Assembly (NCBI GenBank): GCA_039811685.1
Contig: JBDHZC010000011.1
Location: forward strand, 1 to 49,711
DNA: 49,711 nucleotides
Reading direction: 5' to 3'
From: Armatimonadota bacterium
GTDB lineage: Bacteria; Armatimonadota; UBA5829; DSUL01
Shown: positions 9,645 to 20,092 of the stretch, piece by piece
How the letters are laid out: each line of letters opens with the position of its first letter
How positions within the stretch are numbered: position 1 is the stretch's first letter
Notes under the pieces: model-generated
The model's input: only the letters and a program-made list of their open reading frames with translations
Told to the model about the DNA's origin: nothing
Databases searched by the model: none
Made by a program: the position numbers and the translations under genes

Positions 9645-11660
9645 TTGAGGAAGCGGCTGTGTGCGCTAAAGCGACTGTGGACGCTAAAGCTGCTGTTTGC
9701 GTTCGCCATCTTGAGGATGGCGGCGGTCGCTTGCGCGGACTCTGCGCCGCATTTGCCTGATGTACTTCGCGCGGGACACTGGGCTGTGCGCGACGTGGCG
9801 GCAGATACAGCTTTTGTGCCTTCGGATAAGCTCGGCGCTGCGCCGGGTCTCAAACTGCGCCTGAAAGTCTCAAGGGGGAAGGGGCCGAATGGGTCCGCCT
9901 GTACGGTGACAGACCTCACCGGCGGGGAGCGCGCGCTGACTCTGGCCTACATCCTGCCCTTCAAAGCCGAGCGCGCTGTGTGGTGGGACGACCCGCAGAC
10001 GCAGCGGCGCATAACGGCCGGAAAGCTCTATATCAACCCGGTTGACACCGGAGTCGGAGTTGGCGGCGAGGCCTCGCGTTATCCTCTTGCCGTCATCTCT
10101 TCGGCTGAAAGCGCCCTCTGCCTGGCTCTGCCACTGGAGCCTCCGAGAATGGCGCGTCTGCTCTACGACTCGGGCAAAAATGAATTGCGCGCAGAGTTTG
10201 ACCTTGGGGTGTCTGCCGTAACGCAAGCCTCTCCCTCCTCCGCAAGCGCCGCCGTCATGGGCTATGAGATACCGCCAGACTGGGCATTTCGCCGGGCGCT
10301 GGAGCGCTACTGGCGGCTGCATCCATCCGCCTTCAGCAGAAAAGTAAAGCGGGCGGGCATCTGGATGCCGTTCACTCCGCTGAGCGCAGTGCATCGCCCC
10401 GAAGATTTCGGCTTCGGTTTTCACGAGGTCTCTTATGGAAACTGGGAGAGCGTCAAGGCGGACAAAAAGCTGGGCGTCGGCAGCTATGTCTATGTGGAGC
10501 CGCAGACCAACTGGCGCGTGTTTCGCGGCGAGGGTGAAGCGCGGGGTGACTATTCCGGCTTTGTGAAGCAGCTCTGGGAGGACGCGCTCGGAGGAGACGA
10601 AAAAGCGCGCGCGACGCTGGTGAGCGGGATCGTCCGCGAGGACGGGCGGCGGGATCTGTACCTGGGGCCGGTAGCCTATACCACCGCAGCGCCGTTTGGC
10701 TGCAACGCCGATCCGGACGTCCTCTGCGAAAGCTGGCCGGGCTGGCCCAATAAAGGCCGGTACGAGCTGAATCAGCTTGCCAGGCCACTGGGATGGAGCA
10801 AAGACTCTGGAGAGGGTCTGAGCGGCGTGTATGTGGATTCGCTGGAGGGATGGGGCGAGATTCACAATTTCAACCGCGAACACTGGCTCGTCTCGAAGCA
10901 ACCGCTCAGCTTTGAGCCGCAGACCAACCGCGTCTGCCTGCTGAACTTCTGGGGCACGTATGCCTTTGTGAAAGAGCTGCGTGAACGCCTGAGCGCCAAA
11001 GGCATGCTGTTGATGGGCAACGACGCCTTCTACCGCCACTGGTACCTTGCGCCACTGGTGGATATTCCGGGGCGGGAGTACAGTTGGGTAACAGACGGAA
11101 AGCAGACTCCCGTTGCCGATGAACGCTACCTGTTCCTGCGCGCGATGTCCGGCCACAAGCCGTATCTGATGTTGATGAACAACAGCTTTGAGAACGGCTC
11201 GCATATGGAGGAATACTTTCAGCGCAGCCTGTTCTGGGCGGTGTACCCGGGAATGTTCAAGGCGCACGCTCAGATCGGGGAGGCGGCGTACTTTGAGAAT
11301 CCGCAGTGGTACGAGCGCGACCGCCATCTTTTCATAAAATACATCCCACTAATTAGCAGGCTGGATGAGGCTGGCTGGCAGCCCGTTCCTCTGGCGGCAG
11401 TCTCTCCCAAGGCCATTCGCATTGAGCGCTACGGGGACTTCACAAAGGGCACTCTGGCCTTTTCGCTTCACAACCCGGCTAAGACCGAGCAGACAGCAAA
11501 GCTGACGCTGGACGCCCGGCAGTTGAAGTTGGCTGGCGCTCCACAGGCCAGGGAGTGGATAGGCGGGCAGGCGCTGAGCGTGCGCCGCACAGGCGGCAAC
11601 TTCACCCTTACACTGCGGCTTCCCGCCGGTGGCTACGGGGTCGTTGGAATCCAGCGGTAG
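9645..11660 (+). CDS. Secreted hypothetical protein, possible glycoside hydrolase-like TIM barrel
   Basis: 671-aa ORF, signal-like N-terminus, GVYVDS motif, aromatic-rich; family not certain. Confidence 0.6.
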   Translation: MRKRLCALKRLWTLKLLFAFAILRMAAVACADSAPHLPDVLRAGHWAVRDVAADTAFVPSDKLGAAPGLKLRLKVSRGKGPNGSACTVTDLTGGERALTLAYILPFKAERAVWWDDPQTQRRITAGKLYINPVDTGVGVGGEASRYPLAVISSAESALCLALPLEPPRMARLLYDSGKNELRAEFDLGVSAVTQASPSSASAAVMGYEIPPDWAFRRALERYWRLHPSAFSRKVKRAGIWMPFTPLSAVHRPEDFGFGFHEVSYGNWESVKADKKLGVGSYVYVEPQTNWRVFRGEGEARGDYSGFVKQLWEDALGGDEKARATLVSGIVREDGRRDLYLGPVAYTTAAPFGCNADPDVLCESWPGWPNKGRYELNQLARPLGWSKDSGEGLSGVYVDSLEGWGEIHNFNREHWLVSKQPLSFEPQTNRVCLLNFWGTYAFVKELRERLSAKGMLLMGNDAFYRHWYLAPLVDIPGREYSWVTDGKQTPVADERYLFLRAMSGHKPYLMLMNNSFENGSHMEEYFQRSLFWAVYPGMFKAHAQIGEAAYFENPQWYERDRHLFIKYIPLISRLDEAGWQPVPLAAVSPKAIRIERYGDFTKGTLAFSLHNPAKTEQTAKLTLDARQLKLAGAPQAREWIGGQALSVRRTGGNFTLTLRLPAGGYGVVGIQR

Positions 11661-11802
11661 CCCGTTATCCGAGTTTGCATCTGATTCTCAAAAGTTCAGT
11701 CAACTGAGTGGCGCAGTTGCGCTCCGGGCGGACAGGCGGCTAGAATAAAGTGGTTTTGAGCGAGGCGTGCTGAGCATCGCTACTTCTGGAGGATCACCCT
11801 AA

Positions 11803-12795
11803 ATGCCACTAGTCACAAGCATAGAGCTGCTGAACGCCGCCGAGAAGGGCAACTACGGCGTCGGCGCTTTCAACGCCATCAACATGGAAACTGCGCAGGC
11901 TATCTTCGAAGCTGCTGAAGAGGAGCGCGCACCCTTCATTTTACAGGTTACACAGACGACCCTGGGTTACACCGAGCCTGAGGAGCTGGTCGCATGCATC
12001 AAAGCGCTTGCTGAGAAGTCCACGGTGCCGATGGCGTTGCACCTGGATCACGGCCGATCCTTCCAGAAAGTGATGCAGTTCCTCGCGCTCGGGTTTACCT
12101 CTGTGATGATTGACGGCTCGCTGCAGGAGGACGGCAAGGCGCCGCGCTCCTGGGAAGAGAACATTGAGGTGACGCGCAAGGCTGTAGAGGCCGCACACGC
12201 CATCGGCGTTCCTGTCGAGGGCGAGTTTGGAATGCTGGGTCAGATCGGAAAAGACCTGGACAAGGGCAGCGAAGCGCTGACAGATCCGGACATGGCAGCG
12301 AAGTTTGTCGAGGAGACGGGAATAGACATTCTGGCGGTCGGCGTCGGAACCGCACACGGTCTTTTCAAGGGCACGCCCTACATTGACCACGACCGCCTCA
12401 AGGAGATTGACGCGAAAGTCAAGGTTCCTCTGGTGATGCACGGATCGACGGGTGTTGCGGACAAAGACATCCAGCAGGGCATCACTGAGGGCATTCGCAA
12501 GATCAACTACGATACCGGTATCCGCGTTTCGTTCCTGGAGAGCGCTGCTGAAGAGATCAAGAAGATTGAGAAGGCGTGGGCGGATGCGGACGCAAGCGGC
12601 GGGGTGCGCAAGTACGACATCCGCGCCATCCTCAAGCCGGCCCGCGCGGCGATGGTCGAAGCGGTGCGCGACCGCATGCGCGTGTTTATGTCCAGCGGTA
12701 AGGCCGACGTCTCCGGTGGCAACGGCCGCGGCGCTGATTCAGCAAAGATCGCCGAGAAGGCGCGCGAAGCGGAGATCGCAAAAGTGCTGGAGTAG
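11803..12795 (+). CDS. fba: Class II fructose-bisphosphate aldolase
   Basis: GAFN, LHLDHG, SVMIDGS, GTAHG, LVMHGSTG. Confidence 0.92.
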   Translation: MPLVTSIELLNAAEKGNYGVGAFNAINMETAQAIFEAAEEERAPFILQVTQTTLGYTEPEELVACIKALAEKSTVPMALHLDHGRSFQKVMQFLALGFTSVMIDGSLQEDGKAPRSWEENIEVTRKAVEAAHAIGVPVEGEFGMLGQIGKDLDKGSEALTDPDMAAKFVEETGIDILAVGVGTAHGLFKGTPYIDHDRLKEIDAKVKVPLVMHGSTGVADKDIQQGITEGIRKINYDTGIRVSFLESAAEEIKKIEKAWADADASGGVRKYDIRAILKPARAAMVEAVRDRMRVFMSSGKADVSGGNGRGADSAKIAEKAREAEIAKVLE

Positions 12796-12824
12796 TCTCT
12801 GGCAGACTGAGTTTCTGACTTTCG

Positions 12825-12854
12825 GGCCGGAGCCAAAACGCTCCGGCCTTTTTT
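12825..12854 (+). terminator. Rho-independent terminator
   Basis: GGCCGGAGC-CAAAAC-GCTCCGGCC followed by a T-tract after fba. Confidence 0.85.
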
Positions 12855-12856
12855 GT

Positions 12857-13210
12857 TTACGATTTTGCAAAATCCCCTTCCTGAACGCCCTCTGGAGTTT
12901 CTTGAAAAGCGAGGGACGGCTGCGCGATGTCTTTCAGCAGATGCAGTCTACGCAGGCGGGCAATGGCGCGGCGCAGATGCTTGCACTGAGCGTCCTTCGT
13001 TGCGACGGTCGGGGCGAAGCTCTCGCAGCGATAGCGGAAGTCCGGACAGTTGCAGGACACGGCGCCAGTGCGCGTATTTACAATCGGGTAATAGTTGCGC
13101 CGGCGTCCGGTGAAGCTCTTGGTTTTGAAGCGCACCACTCCGTCCTCGCCGTCAGACTGCCGGCGGACGCAGCGGCGGATGGCGTAAGGGTTATACATAA
13201 GGCTCTGCAA
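12857..13210 (-). CDS. Small SWIM zinc-finger protein
   Basis: CNCPDF...CKH motif; start may be 13198. Confidence 0.75.
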   Translation of the reverse strand: MQSLMYNPYAIRRCVRRQSDGEDGVVRFKTKSFTGRRRNYYPIVNTRTGAVSCNCPDFRYRCESFAPTVATKDAQCKHLRRAIARLRRLHLLKDIAQPSLAFQETPEGVQEGDFAKS

Positions 13211-13269
13211 AGATGAAGGCGAACGCAGGACGCGTGCTTGCCCGCTTTGTCCGCCACCTAATTCAACGC

Positions 13270-13297
13270 AAAATACCGAACATTAGTTCTTTTTCAA
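13270..13297 (-). promoter_or_regulatory. Putative LexA (SOS) box inside a promoter
   Basis: CGAAC-ATTA-GTTCT at 13277-13290, between minus-strand TTGAAA and TATTTT (16-nt spacer). Confidence 0.6.
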
Positions 13298-13354
13298 GAT
13301 TGAAACGGCGCTGGATGGCTGCGAGAGCGGGAGCGTGAGGGGCAGCAAAGCGGC

Positions 13355-13383
13355 TTGCAGAATAGACATTCTTAGTGTACACT
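13355..13383 (+). promoter_or_regulatory. Putative sigma70 promoter for the DeoR gene
   Basis: TTGCAG-N17-TACACT. Confidence 0.45.
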
Positions 13384-13474
13384 TGTGTCATATTCGCATG
13401 CACACTGTGCAAAGAGTCTGCTTGTTACGAAGATAACTCTGTGAGTCTCGCGACAATCAGACTGATCAGCCGCT

Positions 13475-14245
13475 ATGCCTGTCACCAAACGCCGTAGAAA
13501 CCAGATTATGGAGCGCCTGATGTCCGCCGGGCGCGTGGATGTCAAAGCACTGGCGCGCGACATGGACGTCTCGGAGGCCACCGTCCGGCGCGACCTGCGC
13601 ACGCTTGCAGGGCAAAGGCGGCTCGAGCTTGTCTACGGCGGCGCGAAGCTGCCTGCGCCCTCGGAAACCTCGCTTGAGTCGCGCTCCCAGCGCAACATGG
13701 ACGCCAAGCGCCTGGTTGGGCGCCTGGCGGCGGATCTGGTGAGCGACCGGGAGATGCTGTATGTGGACGGCGGGACGACCTGCATGGAGATGCGCCACCT
13801 TCTGAAGGAGCGGCGGGGCTTATCGGTCATCGTCAACTCGTGGCGCTGGGCCGTGGAGCTGGCGGGAACAGACGGTAACAGCGTGATTCAGATTGGCGGA
13901 CACTATCGCCCGGAGCGTGCGGACTGCGTGGGGCCGCTTGCGGCGCAGTCCATTGACCAGCTTCGCGGCTACGTGGCGTTTATCTCCGCAGACGGTCTCT
14001 CCACAGATTTCGGGCTGTGGTCCAACGACATCGAGACCGCCTACCTCTACCAGCATGTCATCCGCAACGCCCGGGATACCGTGCTGCTTGTGGACCATAC
14101 AAAGTTTGATGCGCCGTCGCTGTTCCGCATCTGCGACTGGGGGCCGGTGTCGCGTATCGTGACGGACCGGAAGCCCTCTGCACAGTGGCTGGAGTTTTTC
14201 GAAGAGCGCGGCGTGCGGGTAGTATTTGAGGAGGAACGGACTTGA
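13475..14245 (+). CDS. DeoR/GlpR family transcriptional regulator
   Basis: VSEATVRRDL HTH, YVDGGTT, LVDHTKF. Confidence 0.93.
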   Translation: MPVTKRRRNQIMERLMSAGRVDVKALARDMDVSEATVRRDLRTLAGQRRLELVYGGAKLPAPSETSLESRSQRNMDAKRLVGRLAADLVSDREMLYVDGGTTCMEMRHLLKERRGLSVIVNSWRWAVELAGTDGNSVIQIGGHYRPERADCVGPLAAQSIDQLRGYVAFISADGLSTDFGLWSNDIETAYLYQHVIRNARDTVLLVDHTKFDAPSLFRICDWGPVSRIVTDRKPSAQWLEFFEERGVRVVFEEERT

Positions 14246-14985
14246 GACGCTATTTGCCTGCATTGGCGCTTGCAGCGCTCTTTGCGATCAGCGGGTGCGC
14301 ACGACAGGAAAAGCCCGCACCGCCTCCCTCTGTGGGAAAAATGATGAAACAGCAGAGCGCGGAGTTTTTCGCGGCTGCTGATTCAGGGGATGCCCGGAAG
14401 CTCCGGGGACTGGCGAAGGCCAATCCCTCCCTGTTGGAGATGCGCTCTACGGGTGGTGACAGCGCGCTAATCCGGGCGGCGGATGGCGGTCGTGTTGAGG
14501 CAGTGCAGGAGCTGCTGAAATTGGGGTCCGACACAGATGCGAGGGACGACCGGGGCAATACGGCGCTGCACCGCGCGCTGCTCGGCGTGTCCACACGCGA
14601 CGACCCCAAAAGGTTTGAAACGGCAAAAGCTATCGTTCGGGCGCTGCTGAACGCCGGGATGACGCCTCATCAGCGCAGCCCGCATTGCGGGACAGCGATG
14701 GGCGCGCTTGCTTCGGCGGTGAACCTGGAGTTGCACGGCGCGGGTGGACAGGCCGAACTGCCAGCCGGTTACTACGATCTGGCGGACTATCTGCTGTCGG
14801 CCGGCGCGAAAATGAACGAGGACGGTGAGTCTCCCCTTCTGCATGCCTTTGCCGACTGGGGGTATATGCCGGGCCTCAAGTTTGCGTTGTCCAAAGGCGC
14901 AGTCGTAGATGCAAAGACGATCGCACTGGCGCGACAGATGGGACACCCGGAAGCCGCAGCGCTCCTGGAGAAGAATCTGCGCTGA
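14242..14985 (+). CDS. Ankyrin-repeat lipoprotein
   Basis: Lipobox ISGC; GDSALIRAA and GNTALHRA repeats. Confidence 0.8.
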   Translation: MRRYLPALALAALFAISGCARQEKPAPPPSVGKMMKQQSAEFFAAADSGDARKLRGLAKANPSLLEMRSTGGDSALIRAADGGRVEAVQELLKLGSDTDARDDRGNTALHRALLGVSTRDDPKRFETAKAIVRALLNAGMTPHQRSPHCGTAMGALASAVNLELHGAGGQAELPAGYYDLADYLLSAGAKMNEDGESPLLHAFADWGYMPGLKFALSKGAVVDAKTIALARQMGHPEAAALLEKNLR

Positions 14986-15037
14986 TGCGATGTCGCAGGG
15001 GATGCTCGCCGCAGGAACAATTTGAGGATCAGTCATC

Positions 15038-16402
15038 GTGCTGAGCGAGAAACTAACAGCCAAATATCCGGGCCCGGTCTCCTCTGAGATGATCGAGGAG
15101 CTACAGCGCTACGTCATTGTCACGCCGCAGCCCTTTGTCGTGAATCTGGAAGCCTCGGAGGGAATGTGGCTGGCGACGATGGACGGCCAGCGGCTGTTCG
15201 ACTGGGCAGGCTACTACGCCTCCAAGCTGCTCGGGCACAACCACCCCGGACTGTCCGAGCCGGACTATCTGAAGCGCCTGGCGCTGGCGGCCAACAACAA
15301 GACCGCCAATCCGGACTTTCTGACGCCTCAGTGCCTGGAGTACTACCGGCTTGTGCATGAGCTGGCGCCGGAGTGCATGCGCAGCGCTACGCTGGAAGTC
15401 TATGCGGTCAACTCGGGCGCTGAGGCGGTGGAGAATATGTTGAAGTACCTCATCAACCTCTATCTCCAGAAGCACAAAGTCAGCCAGCGCGAGCTTGAAA
15501 AGCGCCGCTTCATCTATTTTGATCAGGCGTTTCATGGGCGCACAGTGTTTGCGCTGAATGTGACGCGGCTTGCTCACGACCCGCTCATCACGCGCGATTT
15601 CGCAGGATTTGACCACGGCAACATCCGCATGACCTTCCCCGCAGTGGACACGTCTCGTCCGGCGGAGGAAAACCGCAAAGCCACCCTGGCCGCGCTTGAG
15701 GCTCTGGAGGCGGTACTTAAGCGGGAGGGGGACAACATCGTCGGCATCATTCTGGAGCCGCTGCAGGGGGCAGGCGGACAGCGCATCGCCGAGCCGGAAT
15801 TCTACCGCCAGCTTGCCGTTCTCGCGCACAGGTACGGCGTGCTGCTCGGCTTTGATGAGGTGCAGACCGCGGGCGGGCAGACCGGTAAGTTTTTCGCCAT
15901 TGACAGCTTCGATCTGCCGTATCCGCCGCAAGCGGTAGCCTGCGCAAAGAAGATGGGCTGCGGCGTGGTCTATATGCTGCACCCGATGACGGACAAGGGG
16001 GTGCTGGACTCGACGTGGGGCGGGCATCTGGCGGACATGGTGCGCTTTGTTCAGGAGATGAAGATTGTCCGGCGCGAAGCTCTGATTGAGCAGGTCCCCG
16101 CGAAGGCGGGGCGGCTGGTGGAGCACCTGAGCGCGCTGCAGTCCCGCTACGCGGGCCTCATGTCCAACGTGCGCGGAATGGGACTGTATCAGGGGTGGAC
16201 GATGGCCAGCGCCGAGTCCAAGTCCCGTCTTCAGAAGATCGCCCTTGAGCAGGAAGATCTGCTGCTGCTCGGAGCGGGTACGGACGCCATCCGCCTGCGC
16301 CCGATGATCAGCGTCACGCTTGAGGAGGTTGACCTGTTTGCACAGAAGCTGGGGCGGGCGCTTGAGACGCTTGAGACAAGAGGGGATGAGGCGGAGATAT
16401 GA
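15038..16402 (+). CDS. Class III PLP aminotransferase, L-lysine 6-transaminase-like
   Basis: NSGAEAVEN, AFHGRT, EPLQGAGG, FDEVQT, STWGG. Confidence 0.85.
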   Translation: MLSEKLTAKYPGPVSSEMIEELQRYVIVTPQPFVVNLEASEGMWLATMDGQRLFDWAGYYASKLLGHNHPGLSEPDYLKRLALAANNKTANPDFLTPQCLEYYRLVHELAPECMRSATLEVYAVNSGAEAVENMLKYLINLYLQKHKVSQRELEKRRFIYFDQAFHGRTVFALNVTRLAHDPLITRDFAGFDHGNIRMTFPAVDTSRPAEENRKATLAALEALEAVLKREGDNIVGIILEPLQGAGGQRIAEPEFYRQLAVLAHRYGVLLGFDEVQTAGGQTGKFFAIDSFDLPYPPQAVACAKKMGCGVVYMLHPMTDKGVLDSTWGGHLADMVRFVQEMKIVRREALIEQVPAKAGRLVEHLSALQSRYAGLMSNVRGMGLYQGWTMASAESKSRLQKIALEQEDLLLLGAGTDAIRLRPMISVTLEEVDLFAQKLGRALETLETRGDEAEI

Positions 16403-17346
16403 AAGCGACGTCTGAACAGGGCCGGTCAATCCAGACAGAGGTCCGGTGGGAGCGGATGTTTCCGGATCAGCTTGAGGCGGCTTTTCAGGCGTGTCCGGTC
16501 GTCTATTTCGCCTACGGCCTGTGCGAGCCGCACGGCTATCACAACGCCCTCGGGCTGGATGCGCTGAAGGCGCACGGCATCTGCGTACGCGCCGCACGGG
16601 AGCATGGCGGCATCGTCGCGCCGCCGGACTACTGGCACATCCACGAATCCAGCGGCTCCGCACCGTGGGCGCACAACGAAATTGGGCAGGTTCCGCGCAC
16701 GTGGCTGAGCGCCATCCCGCCTTGGCAACACTTCAAGAACGTCTGCTACCACATCCGCGCCGCGGACCGGCTGGGTTTCAAGGCGGCTATCCTGCTCACC
16801 GGGCACTACGGCCCGAACTGGAACGACCTGAAGACGCTGGTGGAGATTGTCCAGCCCCGCGTGGGCACGCGCCTCTACAGCCTGCCGGACTTCGAAGCCA
16901 ACCAGCCGGGCTTCAGTGGTACGGGAGACGGCGGCGACCATGCGGGCAAGGTGGAGACATCGCTGCTCTGGGCGCTGGAGCCGGACTGCGTGGACGTAAG
17001 CCGCATTCCGCCGGACGATGCGCCGTGGCCGCGATTTGCCCAGGGGCGGGACGCCCGAGACGCCAACCGTCTCACCGGAGAGCGGATGGTAGCCGACGAG
17101 GTGGCGTGGCTGGGAGATAAGGCGCGGGTGTTGGTTGAGGAGTACGACCGCATTCAGCCGGCGCACACGCTGCGGACGTTCGCGCAGGTGGAAGAGCTCT
17201 GGCGGGACGCTGTGGAGCCGCGTCTCGGCGAGTTTCACACAATGCAGGATTTGTGGAGCGGCCAGCAGAGCGTTCCCGAGGACTCGGTCTGGTTCGAGAA
17301 CTGGAGAGTCAGAACAGAGGGAAAAGGGCGCACAGAACGGGTCTGA
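16399..17346 (+). CDS. Creatininase family amidohydrolase
   Basis: [23 protein letters not shown]. Confidence 0.85.
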   Translation: MKATSEQGRSIQTEVRWERMFPDQLEAAFQACPVVYFAYGLCEPHGYHNALGLDALKAHGICVRAAREHGGIVAPPDYWHIHESSGSAPWAHNEIGQVPRTWLSAIPPWQHFKNVCYHIRAADRLGFKAAILLTGHYGPNWNDLKTLVEIVQPRVGTRLYSLPDFEANQPGFSGTGDGGDHAGKVETSLLWALEPDCVDVSRIPPDDAPWPRFAQGRDARDANRLTGERMVADEVAWLGDKARVLVEEYDRIQPAHTLRTFAQVEELWRDAVEPRLGEFHTMQDLWSGQQSVPEDSVWFENWRVRTEGKGRTERV

Positions 17347-17453
17347 AGCGGCGCCAGGCTTTGAAGACCTGGTCGCCTGGCGCGACAGCGCCCAACCCTG
17401 ATCCCGAATTCCTATTCCGTACTCCCTGTTTTCACTTTTCGAAAGGAGCATTT

Positions 17454-19928
17454 ATGCCAAAGAGTATCGCAATCCATCCAGATGACGTCCGCAAGAGCGG
17501 ACAGATCGACTTCACACCCATCCCCATCAATCAGTACAGCAGGTCGCTGAAGGATGAGCTCGACCGCTTTGCCCGCGAAGACCTCATCCGCATCCACCGC
17601 GACATGGCCATCATCCGCGAGTTCGAGACCATGCTGCACAAGGTCAAGACCGAGACGAAGTACGGCGGTATCGAATACAACCACCGCGGCCCCGCGCACC
17701 TGTCCATCGGGCAGGAGGCCTCGGCGGTCGGACAGGCCTTTCTGCTGGGGCCGGACGACCACATCTTCGGAAGCCACCGCTCCCACGGAGAGATTCTGGC
17801 CAAGGGGCTCTCCGCCATCGAAAAGCTGGACGATGATGCGCTTCTGAAGATCATGAAGGAGTACAACGGCGGGCTGACGCTGAAAGCCATCGAGCCAACC
17901 GCCTCCACGGACTCGACAAAGTCGCTGGCGGTGGATTTTCTGATTTACGGTACACTGGCGGAGATTTTCGGGCGTGAAGCGGGCTTCAACAAGGGCATGG
18001 GCGGCTCGATGCACGCCTTCTTCACACCCTTTGGCGTCTATCCGAACAACGCCATCGTGGGCGGCTCCTCAGATATCTCGGTAGGCGCGGCGCTCTACAA
18101 GAAGGTCAACCGCAGGGCCGGAATTGTCATCTGCAACATCGGGGACGCTTCGGCGGGCTGTGGCCCAACGTGGGAAGCGCTCTGCTTCTCGACGATGGAT
18201 CAGTTCAAAACGCTGTGGAGCAAGCCTTACAAGGGCGGACTCCCGCTGATTATGAACTTCGTCAACAACTTCTACGGGATGGGTGGACAGCCAGTGGGCG
18301 AGACGATGGGCTTCAAGGTGCTAGCGCGTCTGGGAGCAGCACTGAACCCCGAGCAGATGCACTCAGAGCGGGTGGACGGCTACAACCCGCTGGCCGTCAT
18401 TGACGCTATCGCGCGCAAAAAAGAGATTCTGGCAAAAGGCGACGGACCGGCGCTTCTGGACACGATGACCTACCGCTTCAGCGGCCACTCGCCCTCAGAC
18501 GCATCTTCCTACCGCGAAAAGGCGGAGATCGAGGAGTGGCAGCGCCAGGATTCGCTGGTCACCTATGGCAGGGAGCTGGTGGAGTCCGGCCTTTGCTCCG
18601 GGGAGGACCTGGACCACGAGAAAGAAGAGATTGACGCGCGTATTCTGAAGGCGTTCAAGGCCGCAGTGGACCTGGAGATTTCCCCCCGAGCAGACCTGTA
18701 CGCGGTCGGCAGCCTGCTGGAGGAGACCATGTTCTCCAATCAGCGCATCGAAAAGCTGGACGACCGCAAGGTGGAAACGCTGATTCCCATGCAGGAGAAC
18801 CCGCGGGTCAAGCAGATTGCGGGCAAGAGCCGCTCCGGCATCGGTGAGGACGGAAAGCCGCTGCCGAAGGGCCGCTGCGTCGCGCTGCGGGACGCTCTGT
18901 TTGAGGCGATTATCGAGCGTTTCTACACCGATCCGACGATGGTGGCCTACGGCGAGGAGAACCGCGACTGGGGCGGGGCGTTTGCGGTCTATCGCGGCCT
19001 CACCGAAGCCCTGCCCTACCACCGCCTGTTCAACTCGCCGATTTCCGAGGGCGCCATCATCGGAACGGGCGTCGGGTATGGACTGGAAGGCGGACGGGCG
19101 CTGGTGGAGCTGATGTACTGCGACTTTATGGGGCGCGCGGGCGATGAGCTGTTCAATCAGCTTTCCAAGTGGCAGGCGATGTCTGGCGGGATGCTGCGGA
19201 TGCCGGTGGTGGTTCGGGTGTCGGTTGGCAGCAAGTACGGCGCGCAGCATTCGCAGGACTGGACAAGTCTGGTGGCGCATATCCCGGGACTGAAGGTGGT
19301 GTTTCCCGCCACGCCCTATGATGCGAAAGGCCTCATGACCTCCGCTTTGCTCGGGACAGACCCGGTCATCTTCTTTGAAAGCCAGCGCATCTACGACCAG
19401 CCTGAACTCTTCCACGGCACGGAAGGCGTCCCGCAGGGGTCTTACGAGATTCCGATTGGCGAGCCGGATGTCAAGAAGCATGGCAGCGATCTGACCGTGT
19501 TGTCCATTGGCGCTACACTTTACCGGGCGCTTGAGGCCGTGAAGGAGCTGGAGGAGAAGTACGGCATCTCCTGTGAGCTGATTGACGCGCGCTCCATCGT
19601 GCCCTTCAACTACGACAAAGTCATCGCGTCCGTGCAGAAGACCGGACGTATCCTGCTCACTAGCGACGCCTGCGAGCGCGGCAGCTTCCTGCAGACGCTG
19701 GCCTCCCGGATAGCGCAGTTCTGCTTTGACGACCTGGACGCTCCGCCAGTCGTCGTGGGCGCTCGCAACTGGATCACGCCCGCCGATGAAGTGGAGGACG
19801 CCTTCTTCCCCTTCCCGTCGGATATTCTGGACGCCGTTCACGAACACATCGAGCGCCTGCCGGGTTATCAGCCCGTGCGAGAGGTCGGCAATGACGATCT
19901 GCTGAGGCGGGCGCGTCTGGGCATCTAG
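17454..19928 (+). CDS. Fused E1 alpha/beta 2-oxoacid dehydrogenase (TPP-dependent)
   Basis: [39 protein letters not shown] before ATG 17454. Confidence 0.92.
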   Translation: MPKSIAIHPDDVRKSGQIDFTPIPINQYSRSLKDELDRFAREDLIRIHRDMAIIREFETMLHKVKTETKYGGIEYNHRGPAHLSIGQEASAVGQAFLLGPDDHIFGSHRSHGEILAKGLSAIEKLDDDALLKIMKEYNGGLTLKAIEPTASTDSTKSLAVDFLIYGTLAEIFGREAGFNKGMGGSMHAFFTPFGVYPNNAIVGGSSDISVGAALYKKVNRRAGIVICNIGDASAGCGPTWEALCFSTMDQFKTLWSKPYKGGLPLIMNFVNNFYGMGGQPVGETMGFKVLARLGAALNPEQMHSERVDGYNPLAVIDAIARKKEILAKGDGPALLDTMTYRFSGHSPSDASSYREKAEIEEWQRQDSLVTYGRELVESGLCSGEDLDHEKEEIDARILKAFKAAVDLEISPRADLYAVGSLLEETMFSNQRIEKLDDRKVETLIPMQENPRVKQIAGKSRSGIGEDGKPLPKGRCVALRDALFEAIIERFYTDPTMVAYGEENRDWGGAFAVYRGLTEALPYHRLFNSPISEGAIIGTGVGYGLEGGRALVELMYCDFMGRAGDELFNQLSKWQAMSGGMLRMPVVVRVSVGSKYGAQHSQDWTSLVAHIPGLKVVFPATPYDAKGLMTSALLGTDPVIFFESQRIYDQPELFHGTEGVPQGSYEIPIGEPDVKKHGSDLTVLSIGATLYRALEAVKELEEKYGISCELIDARSIVPFNYDKVIASVQKTGRILLTSDACERGSFLQTLASRIAQFCFDDLDAPPVVVGARNWITPADEVEDAFFPFPSDILDAVHEHIERLPGYQPVREVGNDDLLRRARLGI

Positions 19929-20092
19929 CAGGAAACATCTGCAAAAAACGGCTGTTTACTGGCATTCAGAGCGCATGCCCCGGATTCTGCTTGGCGTCAC
20001 GTAGGAAAACGGCGCTGCGGTGTCTAATCGCGAAGACTGCACTGAAAGCTCGCGGTGAGTAAAGGTATTGTCCGCGGGTAGAAGAGGGTTTC

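Noticed and set aside
9870..19847. Long antisense ORFs (9870-11327, 15101-16663, 16426-17451, 18495-19847)
   Set aside because: Shadow frames of well-supported genes in GC-rich DNA, with no recognisable motifs.
19950..20092. SAH/ZTP/SAM riboswitch upstream of acsE-metF
   Set aside because: AACGGCGCT and a GGCAT/ATGCC hairpin are suggestive, but I could not find the full conserved cores. An Rfam cmscan would decide.
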